DNA from: Octopus vulgaris
Lineage: Eukaryota
NCBI GenBank assembly: GCA_951406725.2
Contig: OX597817.1
Location: 54,684,001-54,748,000 of the forward strand
DNA length: 64,000 nucleotides
Direction: 5' to 3'
The first letter of the stretch is position 1. Every line of letters starts with the position of its first letter. Below are positions 1 to 14,418 of the stretch, piece after piece. Below the pieces are notes generated by a model. The model searched no databases, was not told the origin of the DNA, and saw only the letters and a list, made by a program, of their open reading frames with translations. The position numbers and the translations under genes were made by a program.

Positions 1-485
<485 letters not shown>

Positions 486-725
486 GAAAGTGAAAAGCAA
501 AGAATGACATCGATATTAGGTAAATAAATGAATGGTTATATATATATATATATAATTTAGGACAATTCAATAAGTTGTCATTATGATACTGGGAGCTTCG
601 AATGTCAGAGCGAAGAGCTACGATGCTTTCTCGTCGTTCCTGTCGAATTTGATCCCTAATTTTGTGGTCATAGAACCTAGCTGTTCTTTCTAGCGTGTTG
701 AATCCCATGAGTGGATTCCTTATGT

Positions 726-811
<86 letters not shown>

Positions 812-814
812 GTA

Positions 815-870
<56 letters not shown>

Positions 871-1604
871 AATGCAACAATAAAAAAAATGCTGACAAGG
901 ATTGGTGGAGCAAAATGGGTAAGTGCGTAAAAGTGCGTAATTTCTAATATTTCGTTATTTTATCCCTATCAGAATCCACAACATTGCAATATTGTATCTT
1001 TATTTCCCACTGTTGCATCATACTCGCGGGTATAAATTGCCCAGCGTAGTTGCTTCTGTTGAAGCTGAGAGAGTTTGAAACATAATCAGGTGACAATTAC
1101 ATAGTTTTTCAATAAATTGTTCCCCAGCATTGGCCTAATTATAATTGAATGTTACTATTAAAAACCCTTATCAGTATTCGGTGTTTAAGAATCAAATTTA
1201 TTTTCTCTAATGAATTTTAATCACTTTTTCCCCGCATTAATATCTATTTTGACCATTTTTAATTTTCAAAAAAAGATGTCTAAAGCGGGGCAAAATCAGT
1301 AATAACAAATTTCAATAATTCCTTTTTCTTTAGCTGCATTGTACAAAATATATCAGGAAGCGAGTCACTCCAGCAGATCGTGAAGAAGCTATGGACATAT
1401 TTTATGTTGAGGTTTTAGATTTAGTCGGGTTTCGTTAATTTTATATCATGTACCGTTTTATCCTCGTCCTCTTTCAGTTGATAGAGATATCATAAGTTTT
1501 AGTTATATTTCTGATCTTTCTGATGTCTAAGGACGGATATTGATGTGTTTGAGTCTGTTTTCAAATGTAATGCTAGAGAACTGAAGAGGGTCGTGAGTAC
1601 CACT

Positions 1605-1773
1605 GGCGATTTTCTTCCCTCTCTCTTCCCTTCTCGGGATCTTTCCCTCTCCTATGTTTCCGACGAAGAGCTCCGCTCGAAACGTTAAACCCTCCTTCTT
1701 TCCTGAGCGTCCAATAATACTTTATTTGTTCCACGTCCTTGCGTTGTTGTGTTGTTTTGTTTTCTTGTTTGGA

Positions 1774-1778
<5 letters not shown>
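1605..1778 (+). mobile_element. Penelope-like terminal repeat fragment (HHR family 2)
   Basis: Homologous to 46341-46520 (-); contains a hammerhead motif; ends in (TA)n. Confidence 0.7.
1656..1690 (+). ncRNA. minimal hammerhead motif, core mutated (CCGACGA)
   Basis: GTTT-CCGACGA-A-GAGC tcc GCTC-GAAAC-GTT-AAAC; helices I and II pair, U4 replaced by C. Confidence 0.6.
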
Positions 1779-1836
<58 letters not shown>

Positions 1837-1837
<1 letters not shown>

Positions 1838-2237
1838 TAGCAGTATCGCCCGGCGTTGCTCGGGTTTGTAAGGGAAAGAACTATATAAGCATTTTTAGAG
1901 AGTTATAGCCAAAAAATAGCAAAAAATGCATTAAAAATGGAAAAAAAATTATGGTAAATTGTTTTTTTAATCGTTGACTCATCGTAGACATTTTTAGAGA
2001 GTTACTTCCCTTATATAATAGCGAAAAAATGCATTAAAATGGAAAAAAATTATGGTAAATTATTTTTAAAATCGCAGACTCATTGTAGACGCACACTAAT
2101 ACCCAGAAGGGCTCGATATGAATCACGACTATAAGATACCCGGTTTTGGTTAAACTGCACCGCAAAATGTGGGAGTAGTTAGGAATCTAAATCGTAGGAG
2201 ACAGACACTCACACAACTTCACTTTTATATATAAAGA
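1837..2237 (-). mobile_element. non-autonomous Helitron
   Basis: Minus strand starts A|TCTTTATATATAAAAG and ends with hairpin CCCGAGCAACGCCGGG then CTAG|T; internal ~100 bp tandem duplication. Confidence 0.85.
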
Positions 2238-2338
2238 TATAAAAGTTCAGCAAAATTTAGATTCAAATGAATATGGTACTTAAGTCAGATGCACCAGAAT
2301 TTTTTACGGTATTATCCATATAATTCCATGGGGTGATT

Positions 2339-2580
2339 ATAATCCAAGTAAGCAACAATATCTTCGGTAATTTGGTACGATCGTTTCACGCTACATCATT
2401 TTATTAAACATTGTAAGTATTATAATAAGTATATGTATTGATGGAAAACCTCTATGAATGGCTGATGATTACTCAACATTTTAAAACTGATGTAATACTT
2501 GCAATGTTTAATAAAATGATGTAGCGTGAAACGATCGTACCAAATTATCGAAGATATTCTTGTTGCTTACTTGGATTGTA
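2339..2580. repeat. inverted repeat (~85 bp arms), PLE-type terminal repeat pair
   Basis: 2339-2423 is the near-perfect reverse complement of 2494-2580. Confidence 0.85.
2459..2542 (+). ncRNA. hammerhead motif with extended stem II
   Basis: TGG-CTGATGA-(~59 nt imperfect hairpin)-GAAAC-GATC-GTA-CCA; palindromic helix III ACGATCGT. Confidence 0.55.
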
Positions 2581-2782
2581 TATATATATATATTTATATA
2601 TATTGTATGGTCAAAGAGAACGGAGATAATTATCTAAAACAGTGTTCTGAATATGTATGTAATAATGTTTTTGATGCATTTAGAGAAGGCACTTCGCTCA
2701 GGTGATAGAGTTTTGTAAAATAACATTTCTAAAAAGAATATGTTTTCCTCATTGTTCCACCCCACCTTATTTCATGCTGCAG

Positions 2783-2975
2783 TAAGGCAGCTAGCAAGTA
2801 GAATCGTCTGCGTTTCGTTCGTCTTTATGTCGGGAGTTCCAATCCCGCTGAGGTTAACTTTGGCTTTTCTCCTTTCGGGTTCGATGGAATAAGTAATAGT
2901 TAATCACTGGAGTAGATGTAATTAAACTAAATCCTCTGACCCCAAATATCAGCATTCGTGCTTTTAGTAGAAAGG
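2783..2975 (+). mobile_element. tRNA-derived SINE family B (degenerate)
   Basis: Matches family B body ...gaggtcgactttgcctttcatcctttcggggtcgat... Confidence 0.6.
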
Positions 2976-3451
2976 ATATTTTATCTTGAAGCGTTGATGT
3001 CTTGTAGGATTGTAGGACTGTAAAACAAAATGCTATATTGGATAACAATATTTTGAATATAACCAGGAATTGGAATCTAACAAATAGATTTTAAAGCAAA
3101 AGAATTAGCATTTTGGACCCAGCTCTGACAGAGTTCCCATGAATTTGTTACTAGAGAAGCCATAAGTAAAAAATACAGCTATCTGCAATTTCAGTACATA
3201 AACGGTGTCACATGTTAAAAAATACAACAATACTATTGATGGTGTATATGTGAACAGACTCATATACATACAGACCAGACCATAGTACAAAAAAGGGTCA
3301 AAACAAACCACAATCGAGGATCACCCTACACCACACACTGCGGTCACCCAGTGGTCATCCCACACCTCATCCGATGGTTACCTTACACTTCACCCGACGG
3401 TCACTCACAAACCACACTAGACGGTCAGCACACGGACACAAACTAGACAAA

Positions 3452-3512
<61 letters not shown>

Positions 3513-4304
3513 TACACACTCACACGCACATATATATATATATATATGTTTATATACATATATAAATATATTTATGCACATACACACAAACAAAATTGTA
3601 TATATATAATATATATATATATATCTATACATATATATATACTTATATATATATTATATATATATATGGATATATATATATATGTATATATACGTACGTG
3701 TATATACCTATGTGTATATAGGTATATGTATATACGTATGTGTATATACGTACGTGTATATATGCATATGTATATATATATATATATATATAATTTTAAT
3801 ATTTGTCTCTGTGTATATGTGTGTCCATGCGTATGTGTATATAACCCATTAATTGCTGGAAATGTCGAATCAGCAAACCAGTTCTGCACAATTGTCCTTC
3901 CATTAATTTCAACAATTCCACCCCACTTCACAAATAATAGTAATAATAATAATAATAATTAAAAAAAAAGAAAAAAACCCATTCACCTACAATCTCAAAG
4001 ACAAAACCAAAAACACAAAAAGAAAACATACAACAGAATGAAAAAAGAAACAAACAGAAAATTGTAGCGACGTGTTTTTGTTATTTTTTCTTAACTTTTT
4101 AAAATTTTTTTTGGAGGAACTGGAGCTAATGAATCGGTAAATTCCAAAATATCTAGAAATTTCTCCCATTATTCTCCTCGTGTTTCTCTCACATTTTCTT
4201 TAACTAGCTGTCTCTATCACTAACGGCTAATCACTCTCTTGCAAGCGGTTCTCTTCAATCTATTTCTTCGTATTTGCTTGTCTATTTAATCTAGAATGAT
4301 GCAA

Positions 4305-4358
<54 letters not shown>

Positions 4359-4359
4359 A

Positions 4360-4399
<40 letters not shown>

Positions 4400-4504
4400 G
4401 GTTGAAGTGGCAATGATCTCTTCGTTAGTGACGAGGACAGCGTGAACATAACAACAAAATAAACAATTGAGAAAAACACCAGCCCCACCTGTGCCACCAC
4501 CACC

Positions 4505-4536
<32 letters not shown>

Positions 4537-4551
4537 CGATAATGATGATTT

Positions 4552-4752
4552 CAAATTTTGGCGAAAGGCCAGCGATTTCAGGGTAGGGTGAAATCGACTA
4601 CATCGACCCCAGTGTTCAAGTGGAACTTACTTCATCGACCCTAAAGGGCCTAAAGGCAAAGTCGACGGAATTTGAACTCAGAACGGAAAGACGGTTGAAG
4701 TGCCGCTAAGTGTTTTTGCCTGGCGCAGAAACGAGTCCACCAGCTCACCGCC
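4552..4752 (-). mobile_element. SINE family B
   Basis: Reverse complement of family B head and body (ggcaaagtcgac..gaatttgaactcagaacg). Confidence 0.7.
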
Positions 4753-4753
4753 T

Positions 4754-4858
<105 letters not shown>

Positions 4859-4989
4859 TAACAATAATAAAGATATATATTTAGGTGTGTGGATACAAAT
4901 ATATATATAAATGTATATACATGTATGTACAGACAGGGTGACATAGTTGCGTGTATTTACACACACACACACACACGGATTTGTATGTG

Positions 4990-5038
<49 letters not shown>

Positions 5039-5230
5039 ATTAATATATTAATATATTCTCATATAAATATATTTATATACATATAACTATGCGCGCATGT
5101 GTGTGTGTGTATACATACATACATGCATATATATATATATGTGTGTGTGTGTGTGTATATATATGCGCGAGCGTGTGTGTGTATATATATACATACATAC
5201 ATATGTATATATATATATATATATATACAT

Positions 5231-5340
<110 letters not shown>

Positions 5341-5739
5341 CAGCACACAATTTTGGGACGACTAAAGAATTCACTGACAGAAACTCAGTAAAGATGGTTA
5401 ATAAAACTATTATTAATCGTATTAATATGACTGATGGGAATAATAACGGTACTCATATAGTGGAACATAATCCGAATGACTCTAGCGGGATAATAAACAC
5501 CCGTTTAGCTAACAATAGGAGTGAAACGCTATAGAGCCTTCGGAAGATAGTGTAAGGGAGATAACTGATCCAAAACCAAACTCATTTGAATTAAATGAAC
5601 CGAGTAGAGAATATAATAATACACCCAATTTAACCTATAAGGAAACTAATAATACCCATAGGTTAATACTTAATAATATAGACATAAACTTAATAATTCT
5701 GCCAGTAGCAAGCGTAGTGTTAATGTTAATAAGCATCTT

Positions 5740-6115
5740 TGAAACTGTACGAATAAATTACGTCTGCTTGAGATGTTTCAGAAAGAACATAGTTTAAAGA
5801 AGTCTAGTGACGGCTGATGGAATTTCTAGTTATTACATAGGATTGTGTTCTGCGGACTTTAAGCGGAGATTGTGTTACCACCTTTATTCGTTCAAAGATA
5901 GGGAAACATGATAAATTGTCCGAGGTTTAGTGGGGTCATCTGGTCTTTGAATGATAAGAAGAATAAATATCATATTAAAATGGGGAACAATTAGTAGAGC
6001 TTCACCATATACAATTTTGAACGTGAGTGTAGTTTATGCTTGGAAGAAATATTCCATATCTTTACCACTGATTATAGGTTATTAAACCACCGAAACGAGT
6101 TAGCTCTGAAATGCT
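5740..6115 (+). pseudogene. decayed Penelope-like GIY-YIG endonuclease
   Basis: Manual translation across stops and frameshifts: RCFRKNIV*RSLVTADGISSYYIGLCSADFKRRLCYHLYSFKD...SGVIWSLNDK...ECSLCLEEIFHI...LLNHRNELALKC. Confidence 0.8.
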
Positions 6116-7285
6116 CGACTTTTTTTTGCTAAGTATTTAAGTCCTTTCCAAATAAAGATTTTTAGGAGGATATCACGTAAGTAGAAGTGCTCATAGTTTA
6201 ATTTCGCTTTCTTTTGATTCCTCTCTATCTAGCTATTTATCTTATAGGTATCATCCTATCGTCATTATGAGTGGTGAATGAGGTAAATACATCCTGATCT
6301 AGTTAAGATTTCTTCTGCTATTAAGAATATAATATAATCTGTTCCTTAGATTGTAAAAGACCATTCTAAGTTTAAATGATACCATCAGCCAGTATATATT
6401 TCAAAGCAATGCCTACGATCATGTACAATAAGACTTTATGATTCCCTCATCTAGAATATACCTTAAGAACTCAGCTGAAATCCTCAGCTGCACGAAGACG
6501 TAGAATTTAATTAAATTAGAACATATGGACACATTAGTATAATTATACTTAAAATCTCCAAGAAGTTAAGGAGATAGACAAAGGACATGCTGCCTTCACT
6601 CCAAGATAGAAGTTACTAAGGTATCAAGAAGATATATACATTGTTACAGACTCTGCCTGTCACTGATTTTTTGTTTTTATGGCGTTAGTTTTAATTTATA
6701 GACTAGTTTATCAAATCTTTGTATATCTAAGGCTGAGAGAACAAAAGAGCAGTATCTGTTAGGGATAGGGCCGAGAGGGCAGACAGGAATCATATTTGGT
6801 ATAGTCATATAAATCAAGATTTATTAGAAGCAATATCATGAGGTTCGGTAAAGGAAATTCAAAGCAAGATGTTAGCTGACAATTAAGAAGGTCGCCCATT
6901 AGCAGCCCATTGACAATAAAATGGGAGTTTTATAGTTAAAATATTTTAAGCAACGTTGCAATATTGTAGACAGTTAAAGTTTAGGGTTATTCAGAGGATT
7001 ATTAAGAAGCATATTATTACAAAATTTAGAAATTTTTGACTACTTTTGAGTATATACCAAACTTTTACCACAATAGAGGGAGGAAAAGAAATTATCCAAA
7101 AATAGTTTAATATTTATACATATTGTACACTTAAATACTAACTCATCAAATGGTATCTGTGAATATTGATTAATTGGTATATTCTGGTATTAATAAAGGA
7201 GTATTGAGGTAAAAGAACATGCTAATTATATATTAATAATTATATAGCTAATTATATATAATAATGATATGCTAATTATATATTA

Positions 7286-7450
7286 GGCACAGGAGTGGCT
7301 GTGTGGTAAGTAGCTTGCTTACCAACCACATGGTTCCGGGTTCAGTCACACTGCGTGGCACTTTGGGCAACTGTCTTCTACTATTGCCTCGGGCCGACCA
7401 AAGCCTTGTGAGTGGATTTGGTAGACGGAAACTGAAAGAAGCCTGTCGTG

Positions 7451-7513
<63 letters not shown>

Positions 7514-7722
7514 CTGTGTTTGTCCTCCCAACATTGCTTGACAACCGATGCTGGTGTGTTCATGTCCCCGTAACTTAGCGGTTCGGCAAAAGAGACCGAT
7601 AGAATAAGTACTAGGTTTACAAAGAATAAGTCCTGGGGTCGATTTGATCGACTAAAGGCGGTGCTCCAGCATGTCCGCAGTCAAATGAATGAAACAAGTA
7701 AAAGAGTAAAAGAGTAAAGAGT
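7286..7722 (+). mobile_element. tRNA-derived CORE-like SINE family A, full length
   Basis: A/B boxes (TGGCTGTGTGG, GGTTCAGTC), CORE-like ttgggcaa.tgtcttcta, internal (TA)n, tail (AAAGAGTA)n. Confidence 0.85.
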
Positions 7723-9589
7723 AATAAAATTATTATCTAAGCAGTTTTAAAAAAATAAATTGTGTATATACCAGTATAGATTTATATAAGCTAAGTATGA
7801 ATTTATAGAGGTACAAAAATTAGATTAATCTTATAAATAAATAAAGGCTAATTATAAAAAATAAAGAAATAAAATAGGGCAGAACACGGTAGAAAAGGAA
7901 TAAAATAGCTTAATTACTAAAACCATGATAAAGTATATGTAACTTTATAGAAAATATAATAATTCAAAATATATTAGACTAAAAATTATATATTTACTTA
8001 TTTAGCTAATATCAATAAAAGACTGGTACCTGGTATCACCTAAAGGAATATTTAAGTCATAGGACATTCATATTTTACACTAATCTTTTTTTAAAACTAA
8101 GGGTTATATTATAGGTTTAAGAAATTATTATTATTACTCCCTACATAATATTTATAGTTTCTTAGGGGTACTTGTTTAGAAGGGTTATTTATATAAAGGC
8201 CCTTATAAATATTAAGATCAGGAGGGTAGAACCATTTATGAAAGTGATAAATCAAGTAATTTCTAAAGATCATTTCAAACAATATTGTCTTATTGTATTA
8301 AATTAAAATTTAGGATTATCAAGAAGATTATTAAGAATGATATTATAACAAAAGGATAAAATTTTATCACAATAGAGGGAGGAAAAGAAAACTGCAAAGA
8401 AATATTTTAATATTTTTTTACTTATTATTTATTTAAATATTAACTTATTATTAGATGGTTTCTATGGAGATTGATTAATTGGATTTAACTGGTATTTAAT
8501 AAGGGAGCGGCGAGGTTAAAGAACATGTTCTTTGTCTATCTCCTTAACTTTAGGTACTGAATATGTGGATGAAATTTGAATTTAACAGATTCGGTCGAAA
8601 TTCGAACACGAAACATAAATTTCATAGGTAAACTAACGCTGCAATGTTTTACTGATTCTTTCACTCCAATACACTGAGAGAGAAAAAATACTTTAAAAAT
8701 TACAAGAAATGGGGAATTGGAAAGAACTCAAGAAAGAAACGAATGAATGCCAAAACGAACAGGAAAAAAGTTGAAGAAAATGAAAACCGAAACAAAGAAG
8801 GAAATTAAAAAGAAAGGATAAGAAGAAAACTTGAAAGAAATATATGATAAATTATGGATAGAAAGATATATAGATAGGTAGGTTAGAAATGAAGTAAAGA
8901 GAAATGGGAGAAAAACAGGATTAAAGAAACGAATTAGAGTACAGAAAAAGATAAGCCAGAACTATATGATATCTATTGAAAAAAAAAATCTAAAACAGAA
9001 ATTCTGTTTATGAAAACACATTTTAATTTTACTGTAATGGAATTCTGAAATGTGTAATCATTGTTTTGCTTGAGGGTGTCAGCTACATTTATCATTTATT
9101 TACTGTTAAATGCATTTGTGTTTAGAAGTTTTTCTTTTGATCTTGATTATAAGAACTGCGAGTAGTTTTGTTTGTGCTAGGAAGTGTGCGAGGTACATGT
9201 GACATGAGCTAGATATCACCTGACGTAACACTTTAAAGATTTAAATTTGCAATCTTACCATTACTTACCATTGATTCTCTCCGTGCATTTTGTATCTTTA
9301 CCCGTCAAAAGAGCGCATCTATTAATGTTACTCTTTCTTGCGTTTCAGAATCACGCCAGCTGTAGAAAGTCTGTTGATATTTTCTTCATACCTCAAAAAT
9401 ATTTTTTTCCATACGTACCATGACTTTTGCCCCAACGCCTAGTTTTCATACATGTTCCTCTACTCCTCTCATCTGATCATTTCAAGGTGGCGAGCTGTCA
9501 GAATCCTTATTACACCAGGCAAAAAGCTCAGCGGTACGGTATTTCACCCGTTGCTACGATCTGAGTTCAAATTCCGCCGAGGACATTTC

Positions 9590-9862
9590 TCTATGTTTGT
9601 ATGTATGTATTTGTGAACATTTCTATGTTTTGCTTTATGTCTGTATTCTCATGCATATAGTTGCATATCTAGACATGCTCATATATATTTAAATGATAAA
9701 CTCCTGGAAAGTTTTACAGAGTTTTACAGTTCCAGTGACGGATTGGATCTGTAGTCTTCGAATTAGCTTTCTCCTTTCTGGATTTGAGAAGTCTAATTTC
9801 TCAAGATTGGTATTTAGGCAGTGTGTTACATATCCCAATATGTTACAGGTATAAACCTGAAC
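9590..9862 (-). mobile_element. 3' end of RLE-type (R4/HERO-like) LINE
   Basis: C-terminus ILGYVTHCLNTNLEKLDFS...RRLQIQSVTGTVKLCKTFQEFII*; next to (TACA)n/(GACA)n. Confidence 0.55.
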
Positions 9863-9886
9863 ATGTAATCTGTCTGTCTGTCTGTA

Positions 9887-9921
<35 letters not shown>

Positions 9922-11079
9922 ATGTATGTATGTATGTATGTATGTATGTATGTATGTATGTAGTGCTTAGGGTCTCGAGCTCACGGTTGTGGGGTTGAGG
10001 CATCGAATATTGAGGCCGATATTTACTGCAAGAAAGCTGCTTTATGCACAACCAATGTCTAGACAACAACCGGTGATCGATATTTAAACATCGAAAAAAT
10101 ATTAAATTTTCAATTTTCCGAAGCACATTACGGAAAAATCGTAGAAAAAATCGATATAAGTCGTTATAAATAACCATGGAAATGAATTAATCGAACGTTA
10201 GCTAATATTTTACATGTTCATTGGTTTCCATAAACATATGTAAAATAAAATTTTATTGTTATTTTCAATATTGTCCAGACGACGTTTGCTTCATTTTTAA
10301 AAATTTTCTTCTTTTCGAAGTCTTACTCTACAGAATCGGGTTGTAGTTTTATCTTCATTTCTGACTTGTATTACTTTTTCTTCATTACAATATACCCCAC
10401 CATTTTAATGTTCGTACTTATTTCAAGTTTTCTTAAACCAACATCGATTTCTGCCGAGTTCTGTCATTGAAAATATTCTCGTTTGTTTCTTTAATTCCTC
10501 TGACCTGTCTTGTCCATCAGTGTCACCATAATTACATCACTGCTCTACATTTTGAAGGTATTCGTCATCATGTATTCTTAAGACATCGTAAGCCTTGTTC
10601 TCAATCCTGATCAGAATGATTCAAGCGTGTGGTCAGACCGTATCTTTTGATTTGTAACCAGTAGGAATCAAATGAGATCTTTCAGTTGGCGTTTTCTCAG
10701 TCTCGATGCGAAGAGACAGAAAATGACATCTGAGTAAGATGCCTAGAAGTGGGATCGTACCCGAGTCTTCATCGTTGCCGAGCGAATTTCTGAACCACAT
10801 GGCTATGTAGTGCCAGCCGAGAGATACACACACATGCATAAAAATAAGAAGCAATTATGAGAAACTGAATGAGTATATGTCTTTGTGTGTGTGTTTGTGT
10901 ACATGTACACACACACACAAACACACACACACAGACACACACACGCCACACACACACATACACACACACCACACACACATACACACGCAAATACACATCA
11001 ACAGGAAACTGGACATTTTTTAGATTGCTTATTCACCATTACACAGCTTGGAATTTTAGCCTATGTATAATATATATAC

Positions 11080-11450
11080 AGGCGCAGGAGTGGCTGTGTG
11101 GTAAGTAGCTTGCTTAACAACCACACGGTTCCGGGTTCAGACCCACTGCATGACACCTTGGGCAAGTGTCTTCTACAATAGCCTCGGGCCGACCAAAGCC
11201 TTGTGAGTGGATTTCGTAGATGGAAACTGAAAGAAGCCCGTCGTATATCTATATGAGTTTGTGTGTTTCTCCCTCCAGCATCATTTGACAATCGATGCTG
11301 GTGTATTTACGTCAGCGCATTATAGCGGCTCGACAAAAGAAACGGATAGAAAAACTATTAAACTTACAAAGAATAAGCCCTGGGGTCGATTTGTTCGACT
11401 AAAGGCGGTGCTCCAGCATAGCCGCAGTGAAATGGCTGAAACAAATAAAA

Positions 11451-11452
<2 letters not shown>
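11080..11452 (+). mobile_element. SINE family A
   Basis: Colinear with 7286-7722. Confidence 0.85.
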
Positions 11453-11492
<40 letters not shown>

Positions 11493-11591
11493 TTCGTTTT
11501 TGGATTTGGTTTGCAAGTGGAAATTTTACCGGTGTGTGTTACATTATAAGGCACGAAAAAAAATAACTCTCCCCAGACACAACAGTATATA

Positions 11592-11687
<96 letters not shown>

Positions 11688-12234
11688 CAGAGAAACCTAG
11701 AGAGAGAAAGAAAGAAAGAACGAAAGAAAGAGGGCAGGAGGAAGGGAATGGGAGGAAGAAATAAAGGTCAAAGTTTGCGACTGGTAGAGACGTCATTTTG
11801 GAAAGTGTCTGAATAATGACCTTTAGAGGAGATCTATACATTTTAAATGAATTTAATCCGAAATATACGCTTTCTAGAAATAAACTTTTATGAAGTTATG
11901 TTTCCATACGAACGCACAGAGAGACACGCATTCGCATATTCAGACTTTAGCACAAATACAAGACTTGGAATCAACAGTCATACAGTTATATACCTACACA
12001 TACTGTCATACATGTAAGCATATATACATATACCTTCATACATATACATGCAAAGAAACATGTAAACAATATATATTTATATGTATCTGTGTATGTATAT
12101 ATATATATATAAATACATATATACATATATATACATACATACATATATATATATTTTTTCATCCAAGGAAATACTGATTCAATACCTACAATTTGGGGAG
12201 AATTAATTCCCTTAAAATAATAGGTATATATATC

Positions 12235-12350
12235 ACGTGATCACGTGACCGACCAGACCATCAGATGTTGTTACACATCGCTGGTCACAATGCGTTCGCA
12301 TTGTTTTAGCCTTCGAATGACGCCACCCCGCTGGCTAAGCGAGCAGGCCA
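12235..12350. mobile_element. short retroposed insertion with AGGTATATATAT target duplication
   Basis: GC-richer ~115 bp block flanked by direct aggtatatatat repeats. Confidence 0.5.
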
Positions 12351-12865
12351 AGGTATATATATATAAAAACATATAATTTATATTCATATAAATGAAGAAA
12401 AAATAGATGGAGTTTGGAAAATTAATAACTCTTTATTATTTAACATCTCTTACCCCTGTTTCAATTAATACTCAATAAATATTAAATATTAAATTTATAT
12501 GACCTGATCATAATACCTTCAGAGGGAAAAAATTCACCCTTGGATATTTTATATGTGTTTATGGCTTCATTCAGTCTGCTATAATGAATCCATAAACACA
12601 TATAATACATCTTGCACCACATCATAATGATTATAGGATTTGGTCTTTGATAGCCAAATATAGCGCTATTCTATCCTCCCTATTTGAAAGCGTCAGCACG
12701 GCATATCTTGTGATAAATGAATTAAGTCCTGAGAAAATGTATGTGTCTATGTATAACGGGTGTATGTAGAGCTTACGGATCCAATAGAGGTAGACCAAAA
12801 TAAGGAAGTACTCCATTTAATGAGGGATAAATACCAATTTAATTACACAGACGAAAGAGCTACCA

Positions 12866-13345
12866 GTAGTTTCATAGTTTATGATACTTAAACAGGTATA
12901 TTTATAAAATACGCCATATATCTCAAAGCAATCGTTCAGGCTCTGTTTATGCGTTTATATTTAAAAAACAGGGACGCTGGGCAGTGAGAAAATAAGAAAG
13001 AACGGGGGAAAAACGCGAAGAAGTTTAGTGCCAAATTTAGGAGCAAAGAAAAGGAAATGAAATGCAGAAAAGTAAGATCATTCTGCTTTCAGATTGCAAG
13101 GAGCTCATTAACTACGACTAGTACAGAACGAAATAACAGATAATATGTTAAAGTCTGTGAAACATCGGCTCAATCCAGAGTAGGTGGTAAACTTCCCCGT
13201 TCTTTCTTATTTTCCCACTGTCCCGCGTTATTGTTTTTAAAATATAGATAACGCACAAACAGAGCCTGAAAGATTACTTTGAGATATATAGCGTATTTTA
13301 TAAATATGCATGATTGTCACGTATCATAAAGGCTTGAAACTATTA
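12866..13345. repeat. imperfect inverted repeat (~150 bp arms)
   Basis: 12866-13009 is the reverse complement of 13193-13345 (atctcaaagcaatcgttcaggctctgttt / aaacagagcctgaaagattactttgagat). Confidence 0.75.
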
Positions 13346-13415
13346 GGAACTATTTCAGCCCCAGCATGGCTGCACTCAAGTGACTGAAACAAGCAAAAGT
13401 AACACACACACACAA

Positions 13416-13486
<71 letters not shown>

Positions 13487-13739
13487 ATATTAGGATATAT
13501 ATACATAGATGCACACGCATATATGGGTGCAGGATGTTACCAACAGTAAATAACATGAAATACGAAAGCAAATGAGATCAGTACGCAAACAGCGAGAGAA
13601 GCAAATAGAAAACAGGACAAGTAACATAAAGAACGACCCTTCATCAGTTGTCGGCTGTCTATCTACTCCTCATTTCGACCATGTATATGTATCTGTGCGT
13701 ATTTATATATATATATATATTTACTTATATCTATATATG

Positions 13740-13776
<37 letters not shown>

Positions 13777-13811
13777 GCATTTATATGTATGTATGAATGT
13801 ATGTATGTATG

Positions 13812-13902
<91 letters not shown>

Positions 13903-14258
13903 GGAGAGACAGAGAATAAAAAATGACAAGAAAAATATATACAAATGAAGTCTGCCAGGCATTAAAACCTAAACATACGTCTGTGAAAGTAGACGTTGTA
14001 CGAGATTCAGACAGCTGAACATTGGAGGGGGGCGGGAAGAGAAATATATTAAACTAAACTGAACGAAATAGAAAAAACATAGTAACAAGTAATGATGAAG
14101 GAATGAAATGTGATGGAGGAAATGTTTTGTTTTTAATCCTCGTTTTATATATTTCGGTGGAAAGGTCAATATTAGTTCAATGTTGGAAAATAGAAAATTG
14201 AAATATAGTAAACATATTAGGCACGGTTGACTACCATCTCCAAGACATCTCCTACAAT

Positions 14259-14259
<1 letters not shown>

Positions 14260-14328
<69 letters not shown>

Positions 14329-14347
14329 GCTGCTGCTACTGCAACTG

Positions 14348-14418
<71 letters not shown>

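Noticed and set aside
711-947. YI/HT/CV-repeat ORFs here and throughout the window
   Set aside because: Translations of (TA)n, (CA)n and (TACA)n microsatellites that happen to lack stops.
12445-12528. Minus-strand CTGAAGG...GAAACAGGGGTA HHR-like string
   Set aside because: A9 is altered, helix III is not palindromic and stem II is unclear; too degenerate to call.
13635-13682. Minus-strand GAAA...CTGATGA
   Set aside because: No helices I-III could be built around the motifs.
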